Shown here: piece by piece, positions 16,320 to 25,396 of the stretch
Position numbering within the stretch: position 1 is the first letter of the stretch
Layout: the number at the start of each line of letters is the position of its first letter
Assembly: GCA_037444445.1 (NCBI GenBank)
Contig: JBBIMK010000001.1
Location: 229,675-261,674, forward strand
DNA length: 32,000 bases
Source of the DNA: a bacterium
GTDB lineage: Bacteria > UBP7 > UBA6624 > JBBIMK01
Reading direction: 5' to 3'
The notes under the pieces: model-generated
Databases searched by the model: none
What the model was told of the DNA's origin: nothing
Seen by the model: only the letters and a program-made list of their open reading frames with translations
Position numbers and translations under genes: made by a program

Positions 16320-16391
16320 AGCCGGCGGAGGGATTTGAACCCACAGCCTGATGATTACAAATCATCCGCTCTGCCGTTGAGCTACGCCGGC
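16320..16391 (-). tRNA. tRNA-Thr (UGU)
   Basis: Cloverleaf: acceptor GCCGGCG/CGCCGGC, D stem GCTC/GAGC, anticodon stem GATGA/TCATC with loop TTTGTAA, T arm GTGGG-TTCAAAT-CCCTC (one U-U mismatch), discriminator U. TATAAT at 16413-16408 on the minus strand, just upstream. Confidence 0.82.
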
Positions 16392-16432
16392 AATGTTTAC
16401 CTTTCTTATTATACCTCACCATCCTACGGGAA

Positions 16433-17122
16433 TCACAGGTCCTTGTCCCCAGAACGGCGTAGTCCGGCCCCTGTTAATAAACCTCCAAGCGTGAGGACAG
16501 CGAAGGAAAGTAGATATCCAAATGTGCCGAATAAATGTGTAATCCATTCCAGCAACAGGAGAAAAATGCCGACAACCATTAAGCCCATGCCATAAAACAT
16601 CATGGGATGCCCATAAATAGCATATCGTAATCGTGGGGGTAGATTCACCTCGGTTTTTCCCATCGCATTTGCACTTCGTTGCATCATAGCAATCATCTCA
16701 CTGATTTGAACGAGCATAACCATAGTAGAAGCCCCATAGGCTATCATACGACTGATGGACTTTTCAATGGACTCATCAGGGAGAGCACATTCAGAAGGGA
16801 GTGTGGCTAATAGGAATCCAGCGACCAGCGAAAGGAAGGAGAGTGGGAAATTCAGAAATAATCCATAATATCTGGAAGAATAAAAATAATCTGTGGGGTC
16901 GGTGATAGCAGGGAAAGTAAACCCTACGATTGAATCCCAGAATCTGTAAGCCCAGCCCTTGATGGCGGAGTATCCTATCAATGCCAGCAACACCGCCAAA
17001 GATGTAAACGCAAAAAATACCCAATCCTTCCCACATAGCCAAGCCTCAAAAATGAAGGCAATCGACAAGAACATCATCGCACTTCCACCGAGAATATTCT
17101 TTGAACTATCCATCCAGTTCAA
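16433..17122 (-). CDS. hypothetical polytopic membrane protein (229 aa)
   Basis: About six hydrophobic helices and coherent membrane-protein composition. No family motif recognised. The overlapping same-strand 83-aa ORF is implausible. Confidence 0.55.
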   Translation of the reverse strand: MNWMDSSKNILGGSAMMFLSIAFIFEAWLCGKDWVFFAFTSLAVLLALIGYSAIKGWAYRFWDSIVGFTFPAITDPTDYFYSSRYYGLFLNFPLSFLSLVAGFLLATLPSECALPDESIEKSISRMIAYGASTMVMLVQISEMIAMMQRSANAMGKTEVNLPPRLRYAIYGHPMMFYGMGLMVVGIFLLLLEWITHLFGTFGYLLSFAVLTLGGLLTGAGLRRSGDKDL

Positions 17123-17147
17123 TTATAAACTTGTGAAAGGTAAAGTT

Positions 17148-17156
17148 TGATATAAT
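17148..17156 (+). promoter_or_regulatory. extended -10 promoter element (TGATATAAT) upstream of xdhC-like gene
   Basis: TGnTATAAT perfect match 40 nt before the ATG. TTGTGA lies 14 nt upstream. Confidence 0.45.
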
Positions 17157-17195
17157 AAAGAATACGGAAATGGGAGAAATTGGGGGAAACAAACG

Positions 17196-17990
17196 ATGAC
17201 GAAAGAATTTTTACAGAAGATATATGAATTGACGCAAAATGGGGCGATTTTTGCTGTGGCAACCGTGGTGCACACGGAAGGGTCCAGTTCGGCTCGTGCC
17301 GGTTCTAAAGCCATCATTCTGCCCGATGAAACCATCCTTTTTGGATGGGTAGGAGGCGGGTGTGTAGAATCTGCCGTAGTTCAGGAGGCCTTGAACTCAC
17401 TGAAAGACGGCAAAACACGCCTCATCACGCTGAATTTAACAGATGAAATTTCTGGCGTGGGAATGCCGTGCGGAGGCTCTATGCAAGTATATATTGAACC
17501 CTTCTTCACTCAACCTCATCTGGTCATTCTCGGGCACGGCGCCATTGCGGAAGCCCTTGCTGAACTGGCTCACATTTTAAACTTTTTCGTTGTCGTGGAC
17601 GATACCACCGCCGTGAAAGAAAGATTTGTCCATGCGAGTCATCTCATTACGGACGATACAGATTACACGAATTTCCCCACAGCACCGGAAACCTATGTGG
17701 TGGTTGCCACCCAGCACAAAGGGGATGAAAAGGCGATAAAATCCGCTATCCAGAAGGGCGTCCGCTACATTGCTCTCATCGCCAGCGCCTTTCGCGCAAA
17801 ACTTGTTCTGGACATCCTCCGGGAGCAGGGCATATCCGAAAGTCAATTGAAAACCGTGCATTCACCTGCGGGTTTGGACCTGGGTGCTGTTACCCCGGAA
17901 GAGATTGCTCTGAGTGTTCTATCTCAAATCGTTGCGCTGCGCCGCGGCGGCTCCACAAAACCCCTTGAAGAAGTGAAACGCCCTCCCTGA
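17196..17990 (+). CDS. XdhC/CoxI family accessory protein
   Basis: N-terminal XdhC_CoxI motif ATVVHTEGSSSARAGSKAII...GWVGGGCVESAV and a C-terminal Rossmann-like half (HLVILGHGAIAEALAELA). Confidence 0.8.
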   Translation: MTKEFLQKIYELTQNGAIFAVATVVHTEGSSSARAGSKAIILPDETILFGWVGGGCVESAVVQEALNSLKDGKTRLITLNLTDEISGVGMPCGGSMQVYIEPFFTQPHLVILGHGAIAEALAELAHILNFFVVVDDTTAVKERFVHASHLITDDTDYTNFPTAPETYVVVATQHKGDEKAIKSAIQKGVRYIALIASAFRAKLVLDILREQGISESQLKTVHSPAGLDLGAVTPEEIALSVLSQIVALRRGGSTKPLEEVKRPP

Positions 17991-18014
17991 ACTTTTCACC
18001 TCAAATCGTGGTCA

Positions 18015-18035
18015 AACGGATAGTTCTCATCCGTT
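18015..18035 (+). terminator. candidate hairpin terminator after xdhC-like gene
   Basis: AACGGAT-agttctc-ATCCGTT, a perfect 7-bp stem followed by the T-rich ATCTCTTTAT. Confidence 0.35.
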
Positions 18036-18167
18036 ATCTCTTTATGCCCCATTGCAGCTCAGCGAGTACTCTCCATGAAAAATCGGTATCAATCTTCCTG
18101 AGTTTGCAAGGAGAATTTTCTACATTGACAGAGTTTTCTGTTTTATATTAAAGTGAGAGTGGACACG

Positions 18168-19208
18168 ATGGAAAGGATGTGGGCAGTCGTCAAGGAAAAA
18201 CCGGAGCGAGGCTTCACGGTGCGAGAAGTTCCCGCACCGATTCCCGGGGCTGATGAAATCCTTGTTAAAGTCCTTGCATCTTCTATCTGTGGAACGGATG
18301 TTCACATCTACCGGTGGGATTCGTGGAGCCAGAACCATATTCATCTGCCTCGTATCATTGGACATGAAATGGCAGGTGAAGTGGTGGAAGCAGGCAGGAA
18401 TGTTTCCAGCGTGAAGACAGGGGATTATATTTCCGTGGAAACGCATTTTGCAGACTGGACTTGTTTCATGTGTCGGACTGGAAATCCTCATCTCTGCCAG
18501 AATCTGAAAACGCTGGGCATTGATGTGGATGGTTCGTATGCAGAATATGTGGCCATCCCGGCGGTGAATGCGTGGAAGAATGACCGAACTCTGCCTCCGG
18601 AAGTAGCGTCTATCCAGGAACCTATGGGAAACGCTGTGTATGCCACGCTGGTGGAAGATGTGGCAGGGAAAACGGTGGCCGTGTTCGGGGCAGGTCCCAT
18701 CGGGCTAATGTGCTGTGCCGTGGCGAAAGCCAGTGGTGCCACCAAAATCTTCCTCGTGGAACCTCACCCTGCCCGCCTATCGCTGGGTCAAAAAATGGGA
18801 GCCACTCACCTGATTAATCCGAAAACAGACGACACTGTGACTTTGATTCTGGATGAAACTCACGGAATCGGGGTGGATGTGCTTCTGGAAATGTCTGGCG
18901 CTCCAAAAGCCTTTGAACAGGGTTTTCAGGCCCTTCGTAACGGCGGAAGAGCCTCCCTTCTGGGTATTCCTTCCGCTCCCATTACATTAGATTTTAGCGA
19001 AACCATCATCTTAAAAGGCGCTAAAGTTTATGGGATCCACGGTCGCAAAATGTTTGAAACCTGGTATAAAGTTTCTGATCTTTTGACCTCAGGCAAGGTG
19101 GATGTGTCTCCTATTATCACCCAACGAATGAAACTGGCAGAAGTGGTGAAAGCCATGGAACTTTTGATGAATCAGGAAGCCACAAAAATTGTGCTTTTTC
19201 CAACTTAA
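18168..19208 (+). CDS. tdh: L-threonine 3-dehydrogenase
   Basis: Zn-ADH signature ICGTDVHIYRWDSWSQNHIHLPRIIGHEMAGEVVEAG, structural-Zn Cys cluster (CFMCRTGNPHLC) and GAGPIGL NAD fold. Start at ATG 18168 preferred over GTG 18153 or ATG 18177, but this is uncertain. Confidence 0.9.
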   Translation: MERMWAVVKEKPERGFTVREVPAPIPGADEILVKVLASSICGTDVHIYRWDSWSQNHIHLPRIIGHEMAGEVVEAGRNVSSVKTGDYISVETHFADWTCFMCRTGNPHLCQNLKTLGIDVDGSYAEYVAIPAVNAWKNDRTLPPEVASIQEPMGNAVYATLVEDVAGKTVAVFGAGPIGLMCCAVAKASGATKIFLVEPHPARLSLGQKMGATHLINPKTDDTVTLILDETHGIGVDVLLEMSGAPKAFEQGFQALRNGGRASLLGIPSAPITLDFSETIILKGAKVYGIHGRKMFETWYKVSDLLTSGKVDVSPIITQRMKLAEVVKAMELLMNQEATKIVLFPT

Positions 19209-19247
19209 ATCAGGAAGAAAAGGAAAAACTATGAGGAGGTGAGCGAG

Positions 19248-20435
19248 GTGGGAGCCCTGGATTTTATCACCCGAGAACTGGAGCAATTGAAACAGGAAGG
19301 GCTCTATAACACGATACGGACCATTGGAAGTGCACAGGGTGCATGGATTCGTGTTGATGGAAAGAAAGTGCTGAATCTGTGTTCCAATAACTATCTGGGG
19401 TTCGCTGACCATCCCGAGTTAAAAAAAGCGGCACGGAAAGCCATTACGGGTTGGGGTGTGGGACCTGCGGCTGTTCGCTCCATCGCAGGCACGCTTTCCA
19501 TCCACCTGGAATTGGAGCGGAAACTCGCAGAATTCAAAGGGACGGAGGATGTGATTTCCTTCCAGAGCGGGTTCTCCTCTAATCTATCCGTGATACCATC
19601 GCTCATCGGACCGGAAGATGGTGTATTTTCCGATGAACTCAATCATGCTTCCATCATTGATGGTTGTCGTCTCTCCCGCGCCACGATTATACGATACAAC
19701 CATTGCGACCCCGCAGACCTGGAAGAGAAACTGCGAGCCGAAGGTGCGAAATTCCGCCGAAAAATGGTTATTACGGATGGAGTCTTCTCTATGGATGGCG
19801 ACATTGCTCCTCTCCCCGAGGTGGTGGCGGTAGCCAAGAAATATGACTGCATCATCCTGGTGGACGATGCCCATGGTGAGGGAGTGCTGGGGCGCGGTGG
19901 ACGGGGCATCACCGACCACTTTCACCTCCACGGGCAGGTAGATGTGGAAATTGGAACCCTTTCTAAAGCCTTCGGCGTCGTGGGAGGATATGCCGCAGGC
20001 TCCAAAGTGCTGGTAGAATATCTGCGTCAGAGAGCCCGTCCCTTCCTCTTTTCCTCCGCCGTCACCGCTGCAGATGTTTCCGCATGTATGAAAGCGGTGG
20101 ACATTCTCCAGGAATCCGATGAACTCGTCAAAAAACTCTGGAATAACGCGGAATATTTTAAGGCAGGGATGACACAGCTGGGCTTTGATACAGGAAAAAG
20201 CCAGACCCCTATCACTCCTGTCATGTTAGGAGAAGCCCCTCTGGCTCAGCAATTTTCAAAACGCCTGTTTGAAGAAGGTGTTTTTGCCATGTCCATCGGC
20301 TATCCCACTGTTCCAAAGGGAAAAGCCCGAATCCGAGTGATGATTTCAGCCACCCACACCCAAAAAGACCTGAATTACGCCCTGGATAAATTTGCCAAAA
20401 TCGGTAAAGAACTCAAGGTCCTTTCTTCCGCCTGA
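19248..20435 (+). CDS. kbl: glycine C-acetyltransferase (2-amino-3-ketobutyrate CoA ligase)
   Basis: Alpha-oxoamine synthase motifs [21 protein letters not shown] and GTLSKAFG (PLP Lys). Paired with tdh. GTG 19248 lies 8 nt after AGGAGG (19234-19239). The track start GTG 19239 overlaps that SD. Confidence 0.9.
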   Translation: MGALDFITRELEQLKQEGLYNTIRTIGSAQGAWIRVDGKKVLNLCSNNYLGFADHPELKKAARKAITGWGVGPAAVRSIAGTLSIHLELERKLAEFKGTEDVISFQSGFSSNLSVIPSLIGPEDGVFSDELNHASIIDGCRLSRATIIRYNHCDPADLEEKLRAEGAKFRRKMVITDGVFSMDGDIAPLPEVVAVAKKYDCIILVDDAHGEGVLGRGGRGITDHFHLHGQVDVEIGTLSKAFGVVGGYAAGSKVLVEYLRQRARPFLFSSAVTAADVSACMKAVDILQESDELVKKLWNNAEYFKAGMTQLGFDTGKSQTPITPVMLGEAPLAQQFSKRLFEEGVFAMSIGYPTVPKGKARIRVMISATHTQKDLNYALDKFAKIGKELKVLSSA

Positions 20436-20611
20436 AGTCAACCTGCCCCTCCACCTGTTGCTATGATTTTGCTACTGGCTGCCATAATTGCTAATGACTC
20501 AGGTGTGAAATGCTCATTTTTCCTGTTTACTTCGGGCTTTTTTTCAGGGGTCACGATTAAGCCATGATTCCCCCGCATAAAAATACCGCAAAATCAGGGG
20601 GCCTCTGTTCT

Positions 20612-21838
20612 CTATACTAAAGGTTTTGAAAGCGTGAAACTGGCAGAGGCAAAAGAAACCACACTGGCAGTTGCAGGGTCGTAGGCCTGTTCGTAATGCA
20701 ATAGTGTGCCCTGGCAAACGCCACCCAGCGCAGATAACATGGTAAAGACAGGAGAAAGCGCATCTATATTCGTGCGATTCTTATCCCGGATAATCTGGCG
20801 GTAAAAGCCTTCTGAATCCCCTTTTAAGGCCAATTGTAAAATGTCTTTATCATATCTTTCCATAGCCTTCAATTGAGCAGGCCGAACTGGCTGAGTATCG
20901 CCGAACTTGGGTCCAACATGGCTGAAATCCACGCTGGCTATCAGCAACGCCTGCTTTTCTTCCCGGAGAACTTCTTTCAAATTCTGAATGAATGAATGAA
21001 TAAAAGGGTGCGAGAGGGGTCCCTGAGCATTAGAAAATTTTTCCAGAGGACAGCATAAAACGGGAAGAATACGAAAATCTCGCAGAGGAAAGAGAGCTTT
21101 CAGGAGAGTCGTCTGGAACTCAATAGAATGTTCTGCGCGATGAGCAAACTCTTCGTCAAAAGGCGAAAAGGGCAGAGAACGAGCCAGTTGTCTGACCCGA
21201 CCTGCATCCGTTTTCACCACGCCCAGAGGAGTCTCAAAATCCTTCTCAGTAAGAATATAGGGGGTTTCACCACTGGCATAGTGAGAAGTTCCCAGAATGA
21301 TAAATAGAGGATAAGAATAGGACTCAATAGCGCGAACACAGGCGGCATAAGCAATTTTACCCCGGATGTAATCTATGTGAGGAGCAATAATAGCCGCTGG
21401 TCTTTCTGACGAAGAGTTGGCAGGGATAGCCGTGAAAATGGTCTGCATAAATTTCCTCAGTGCTTCCGGTTCTGTGGGATATGCCCCGGCATGGAAATAG
21501 GAGCGAACTTTTGACTGTTGAAAATCCTTCACCACCTGGTCCCGATGCTCCTGAAAATGTGTTCCCTCCAGGAAAAAGTGCTCCTGAAGCGTGTTCACCA
21601 GTTCTTCAATTTTTTCTTTATAAATTAAAGAGCCAGTCAGGCGCACATAATCCGTCTGAATTTCTGAAATCGTGCGAGTGCCATCCAGAAGAGAAAGAAG
21701 AAGAAGGGTTTCCCGATTGACGGTTAAAATGCTATCCGTCAGATATTGAGGGTCGCGAAGACCGATGGCTATCCCCTGCGGAAGTTCCACCGGGAAAACT
21801 TCCACTCCCCTTATTTTAGGCTTTTCAGGTATGGTCAT
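20612..21838 (-). CDS. Memo/AmmeMemoRadiSam-system-protein-B family protein with extra ~130-aa N-terminal domain
   Basis: Memo-type motifs AAIIAPHIDYIRG, FIILGTSHY and ASVDFSHVGPKFGD in residues ~135-408. Residues 1-130 are not part of the usual ~270-aa Memo fold. Confidence 0.8.
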   Translation of the reverse strand: MTIPEKPKIRGVEVFPVELPQGIAIGLRDPQYLTDSILTVNRETLLLLSLLDGTRTISEIQTDYVRLTGSLIYKEKIEELVNTLQEHFFLEGTHFQEHRDQVVKDFQQSKVRSYFHAGAYPTEPEALRKFMQTIFTAIPANSSSERPAAIIAPHIDYIRGKIAYAACVRAIESYSYPLFIILGTSHYASGETPYILTEKDFETPLGVVKTDAGRVRQLARSLPFSPFDEEFAHRAEHSIEFQTTLLKALFPLRDFRILPVLCCPLEKFSNAQGPLSHPFIHSFIQNLKEVLREEKQALLIASVDFSHVGPKFGDTQPVRPAQLKAMERYDKDILQLALKGDSEGFYRQIIRDKNRTNIDALSPVFTMLSALGGVCQGTLLHYEQAYDPATASVVSFASASFTLSKPLV

Positions 21839-21853
21839 AGGAGGGTGTCCGGG

Positions 21854-22573
21854 TCAAGGAGAAGATGGGCTTCCTTCCGGCTTCTTCTCCTCCGGTTGTT
21901 TAGGAGAGTTCCGCGTTCTCTGCAGCTCAGCGTCCACGCCTGATATCATCCGGTCACCATTGAGATCAAACCAGGAAAACTGGGATTCTATAGCGGCTTC
22001 TAACTCTTTCGGGCTTACTTTATCATCGTGATTGGCATCCATCTGGGAAAAAGCATAGGGAAAATAATGCATATAGGCGTTGAAATATGCAATCCAGTTT
22101 TTTTCAGCAGCGTTCTTGATTTCTTCTTTGGAGATATAGTCATTCTTATCTGAGTCTAATTCGGAAAAACGCTTTTCATCTACTTTGGCTTCTTCCCTGG
22201 ACAGACGCCCATCTTTATCCTTATCTAAATTTTCAAGGGTTTTGATGGAATTATCCAGGTGGGTTTGTTTCAAATCCTTCATAAATTTTTCGTATTCGGT
22301 TTTCTCCATCATACCATTTTTATTCGTATCTGCTTTTTGAAAGTGCTCCTGGAAATACCTGGAAAATTCTTCAAAAGTGACTTTGCTGTCCTTATTCGTG
22401 TTCATTTTTCCCAACCAGTAGATATTAAAAATTGTAGTGCTGGAAACGACCCTGGGAGGAGGCGTGGTATCCTTTGAGGGCTCTTTTTTTTCTTCTTCTG
22501 CCGTCAGGGAAGAGAACAACGCTAAACACCAAACCAGCACCTTGAACCATTCTTTTCTCTGTTTCACCCTCAT
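21854..22573 (-). CDS. secreted EF-hand calcium-binding protein (six EF-hand-like loops)
   Basis: Signal peptide (WFKVLVWCLALFSSLTA). Loops NTNKDSKVTFEE, DTNKNGMMEKTE, DKDKDGRLSREE, DSDKNDYISKEE, DANHDDKVSPKE and DLNGDRMISGVD. SD GAGAGGTGG before the ATG. Confidence 0.75.
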   Translation of the reverse strand: MRVKQRKEWFKVLVWCLALFSSLTAEEEKKEPSKDTTPPPRVVSSTTIFNIYWLGKMNTNKDSKVTFEEFSRYFQEHFQKADTNKNGMMEKTEYEKFMKDLKQTHLDNSIKTLENLDKDKDGRLSREEAKVDEKRFSELDSDKNDYISKEEIKNAAEKNWIAYFNAYMHYFPYAFSQMDANHDDKVSPKELEAAIESQFSWFDLNGDRMISGVDAELQRTRNSPKQPEEKKPEGSPSSP

Positions 22574-22592
22574 CCACCTCTCACATCCTATA

Positions 22593-23825
22593 TTATATCC
22601 TTAATCCTGTTTTTTCGGAAGCACCGAATTGAAAAGCCTCTTTCAAAATCTGAAGGGAGCGGTCTGCTATGGAAGGGGTCAGGATGAGCGGAGGAGTGAA
22701 ACGAATTGATGTGGGATTAAATAGAAAAGTTCCGATGAGCAACCCGCGCTGTAAGCACAAATCCACAACCTTCTCTGCCTGGATAGGCGAAGAGACTTCA
22801 ATGGCGAGCAGTAGCCCTATACCGCGCACATCCTGAATCAGGGAGAATTTTTTCTGCATTTCCAGCAGACGAGAAAGAAGGTAGTGTCCCATATTTTCAG
22901 CGTTTTTGAGGAGCTGATTTTGCCGGATGAAGCGGATAGAAGAGATAGCGGCTGCACAACAAACTGGATGGCCACCGAAAGTAGTGACATGAGAAAAGGG
23001 CGGGTCCTTGGCCAATGATTCCATAACGGTGGGGGGAGCCAGAAAAGCCCCCAGCGGCATTCCCCCACCCAGGGCCTTCGCCACAATAAGAACATCCGGA
23101 ATAACTCCCGAATGTTCACAGGCAAACCACCTACCGGTTCTTCCGAAGCCGGTTTGAACCTCGTCAAAAATGAGCAGGGCACCGGTTTCCGTGCATCGTT
23201 CGCGCAGGGCCCGCAAAAAATCAGGGGAAGGAATCCGGATTCCAGCCTCGCCCTGGATGGGTTCCACAATCACCCCCGCCACAGAAGAATCAATTTTATC
23301 CAGCGCTTCCAGAACGCCGTATGGTAAAAAGAGAACATCGGGCAGGAGAGGTTCAAAGGGCTGACGAAACAGGGGAACACCGCAAACAGAAAGAGCCCCC
23401 AGTGTATCTCCGTGATAGGCACCTTCAAAAGCAATAATCCGGGTTTTCCCGGTATATTTCCGAGCCAGTTTCAAAGCGCCTTCTACCGCTTCCGCCCCGC
23501 TATTGGTGAAATATATGCGGGGGAAAGGAAGAGGAGAAATCTCCGCTAACAGGCGAGCCAGTTGAACCTGTGGCTCTTGAATAAACTCCCCATATACCAT
23601 CGTGTGAAGATATTTCTCTACCTGCCGGGTAATGGCTGATTGCACGGGAACATTTCCGTGCCCGATGTTCATAACCGCAATGCCAGATAAGCCATCTATA
23701 TAAGACCTGCCATTCCCGGTGAATAGATAACAACCTTCCGCCCGAACGACTTCCAACCCCATCGGATGAGGCGAAGTTTGAGCAACATATCGGTAAAAAT
23801 CTTCTCTTGTGGAATCAGTGGCCAT
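22593..23825 (-). CDS. class III (acetylornithine/GABA-type) PLP aminotransferase
   Basis: GIAVMNIGHGN, SGAEAVEGALKLARKYTG, LIFDEVQTGFGRTGRWFA and VAKALGGGMPLGAF (PLP Lys). Start placed at Met26 (MATDSTREDFYRYVAQTS) by homologue-like N-terminus. It overlaps the RDD stop by 11 nt. Confidence 0.85.
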   Translation of the reverse strand: MATDSTREDFYRYVAQTSPHPMGLEVVRAEGCYLFTGNGRSYIDGLSGIAVMNIGHGNVPVQSAITRQVEKYLHTMVYGEFIQEPQVQLARLLAEISPLPFPRIYFTNSGAEAVEGALKLARKYTGKTRIIAFEGAYHGDTLGALSVCGVPLFRQPFEPLLPDVLFLPYGVLEALDKIDSSVAGVIVEPIQGEAGIRIPSPDFLRALRERCTETGALLIFDEVQTGFGRTGRWFACEHSGVIPDVLIVAKALGGGMPLGAFLAPPTVMESLAKDPPFSHVTTFGGHPVCCAAAISSIRFIRQNQLLKNAENMGHYLLSRLLEMQKKFSLIQDVRGIGLLLAIEVSSPIQAEKVVDLCLQRGLLIGTFLFNPTSIRFTPPLILTPSIADRSLQILKEAFQFGASEKTGLRI

Positions 23826-24573
23826 CGGAATGTTTGAGCAATAGGGCCCCCAGAACTTCCTCCGGCGATGATTCATCTGGTTTGACGACCTGTTCCCCAT
23901 ACTTGTGAACCAGCCGGTTTATAAGCGCAGTGGCGATTTGACGCCTCCTGTCAGGTGGAAGAACAGCACTACGGGCGAAAAAGGACCGAATCAGTTCCAT
24001 TTCGGCAGGAGTCAGGGGAACTCGGAAATCCAGGGAATGAAAAGTAGAAGCGAATGACGGAATGACTTGAATCGTTTCCTTCCGCTCCTTCACCACGATA
24101 GTTCCTGCAGCCAGGTCCCCCAACCTTTTCTGGTGAGGATTGAGCAAAACGAACAGGATTCCAAGACCGTAGAAGGGAAATGCGTCCACTGCCCGAATCA
24201 AATTGCGAATCACAGATGGAATGAAAGTGAGGGGATAACCCCCATCTTGAACCACACGAATCTTCATCAGTTTTTTTCCAGGAGTCTGCCCCTGATAGAG
24301 TACTTCAAAAAAAACGAAATATCCCCAGTGAACGAAAAAAGCCAGGATAAGAAGAAGCGCCACAAACCAGAAAGTTGGATAAGCAGGTAAGGTTCCACCG
24401 GTAATCAGGATGAGAACGATAACCAGTAGATAAATGGTAACGAGTCCGAGGACATAAAGCGAGAGGTCAATGAGCACGGCAAGCCCTCTGGAACCAATTC
24501 CAGCCAGTTCATATCCGATTTCAACATTTTCAGGTGTGACCACTTTTTCAGATAAGAGAGACGCATCGTTCAT
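23815..24573 (-). CDS. RDD family membrane protein
   Basis: Three TM helices with QTPGKKLMKIRVV..DG and LIRAVD typical of the RDD domain, plus a ~90-aa cytoplasmic tail. ATGA overlap with the suhB stop. Confidence 0.75.
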   Translation of the reverse strand: MNDASLLSEKVVTPENVEIGYELAGIGSRGLAVLIDLSLYVLGLVTIYLLVIVLILITGGTLPAYPTFWFVALLLILAFFVHWGYFVFFEVLYQGQTPGKKLMKIRVVQDGGYPLTFIPSVIRNLIRAVDAFPFYGLGILFVLLNPHQKRLGDLAAGTIVVKERKETIQVIPSFASTFHSLDFRVPLTPAEMELIRSFFARSAVLPPDRRRQIATALINRLVHKYGEQVVKPDESSPEEVLGALLLKHSDGH

Positions 24574-25388
24574 GGCTGTGGGGGAGAAGTTTTGGCAGAA
24601 AGAAAAGCCTCAAAATGACGGCGAACAACCTCCAGCATTTCCAGGTGAATGAAAGAATTAGAAGCGATGATATGGCCGGTATCAAAAAAATGTGACTCGC
24701 CAAGAAAGTCCGTGAGCATACCTCCAGCCTCTTTAACCAGGAGGGCGCCGGCGGCGATATCCCAGGGCATTAAGGAAAGGTCCCAGAAACCATCAAATCG
24801 GCCACAGGCAGTGTAGGCAAAATCCAGCGCCGCTGAACCCGTTCGTCGTATCCCCGCCTGCAAGTAGAAATCTTTATACACTTTCAAGTAGGGCTCAATA
24901 TACTGTCGCGCACGGAAGGGGAATCCGGTAACCAGAAGTGACTCCCGAAGGGATAGCACAGTGGATACGGAAATCGCATGAGAATTCAAGAAAGCGCCCC
25001 GGCTTTGCTGGGCATGGAAGAGTTCCTGCCGGACGGGGTCCCAAATAACCCCCACCAGGATGTTTCCTTTCTCCAAAAGAGCAATAGAAATAGCAAAGAG
25101 AGGAAGACTATGAACGAAATTGGTGGTGCCATCCAGTGGGTCCACCACCCAGCAGTATCCCTCCTTCAAACGAGTTTCACCTGATTCCTCCGCTAAAATA
25201 GAATAGCCGGGTGTTTCATGAGTCAGAAAAGAAAGGATCACATCCTCGGAAGCCTTGTCTGCTTCGCTGACCAGGTCGCGGGGGGCCTTCTGACGCACAT
25301 CTCCTCCCTTCAAATTACCCAGATATTGAAGTAATACTTTTCCCCCTCGTTGCGAGGCTTCCACTGCTATTTCCAGCCAATCTCTCAT
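24570..25388 (-). CDS. suhB: inositol monophosphatase family protein
   Basis: IMPase motifs LAEESG, WVVDPLDGTTNFVH and WDIAAGALLVKEAGG. Confidence 0.87.
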   Translation of the reverse strand: MRDWLEIAVEASQRGGKVLLQYLGNLKGGDVRQKAPRDLVSEADKASEDVILSFLTHETPGYSILAEESGETRLKEGYCWVVDPLDGTTNFVHSLPLFAISIALLEKGNILVGVIWDPVRQELFHAQQSRGAFLNSHAISVSTVLSLRESLLVTGFPFRARQYIEPYLKVYKDFYLQAGIRRTGSAALDFAYTACGRFDGFWDLSLMPWDIAAGALLVKEAGGMLTDFLGESHFFDTGHIIASNSFIHLEMLEVVRRHFEAFLSAKTSPPQP

Positions 25389-25396
25389 CCTTATTT

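Noticed and set aside
20463-20567. 34-aa hydrophobic mini-ORF (MILLLAAIIANDSGVKCSFFLFTSGFFSGVTIKP) after kbl
   Set aside because: It has no SD and no recognisable family, and it lies in a convergent spacer. It cannot be supported from sequence alone.
22838-23269. 143-aa same-strand ORF inside the aminotransferase gene
   Set aside because: It is an alternative frame of a gene with unambiguous class III aminotransferase motifs.
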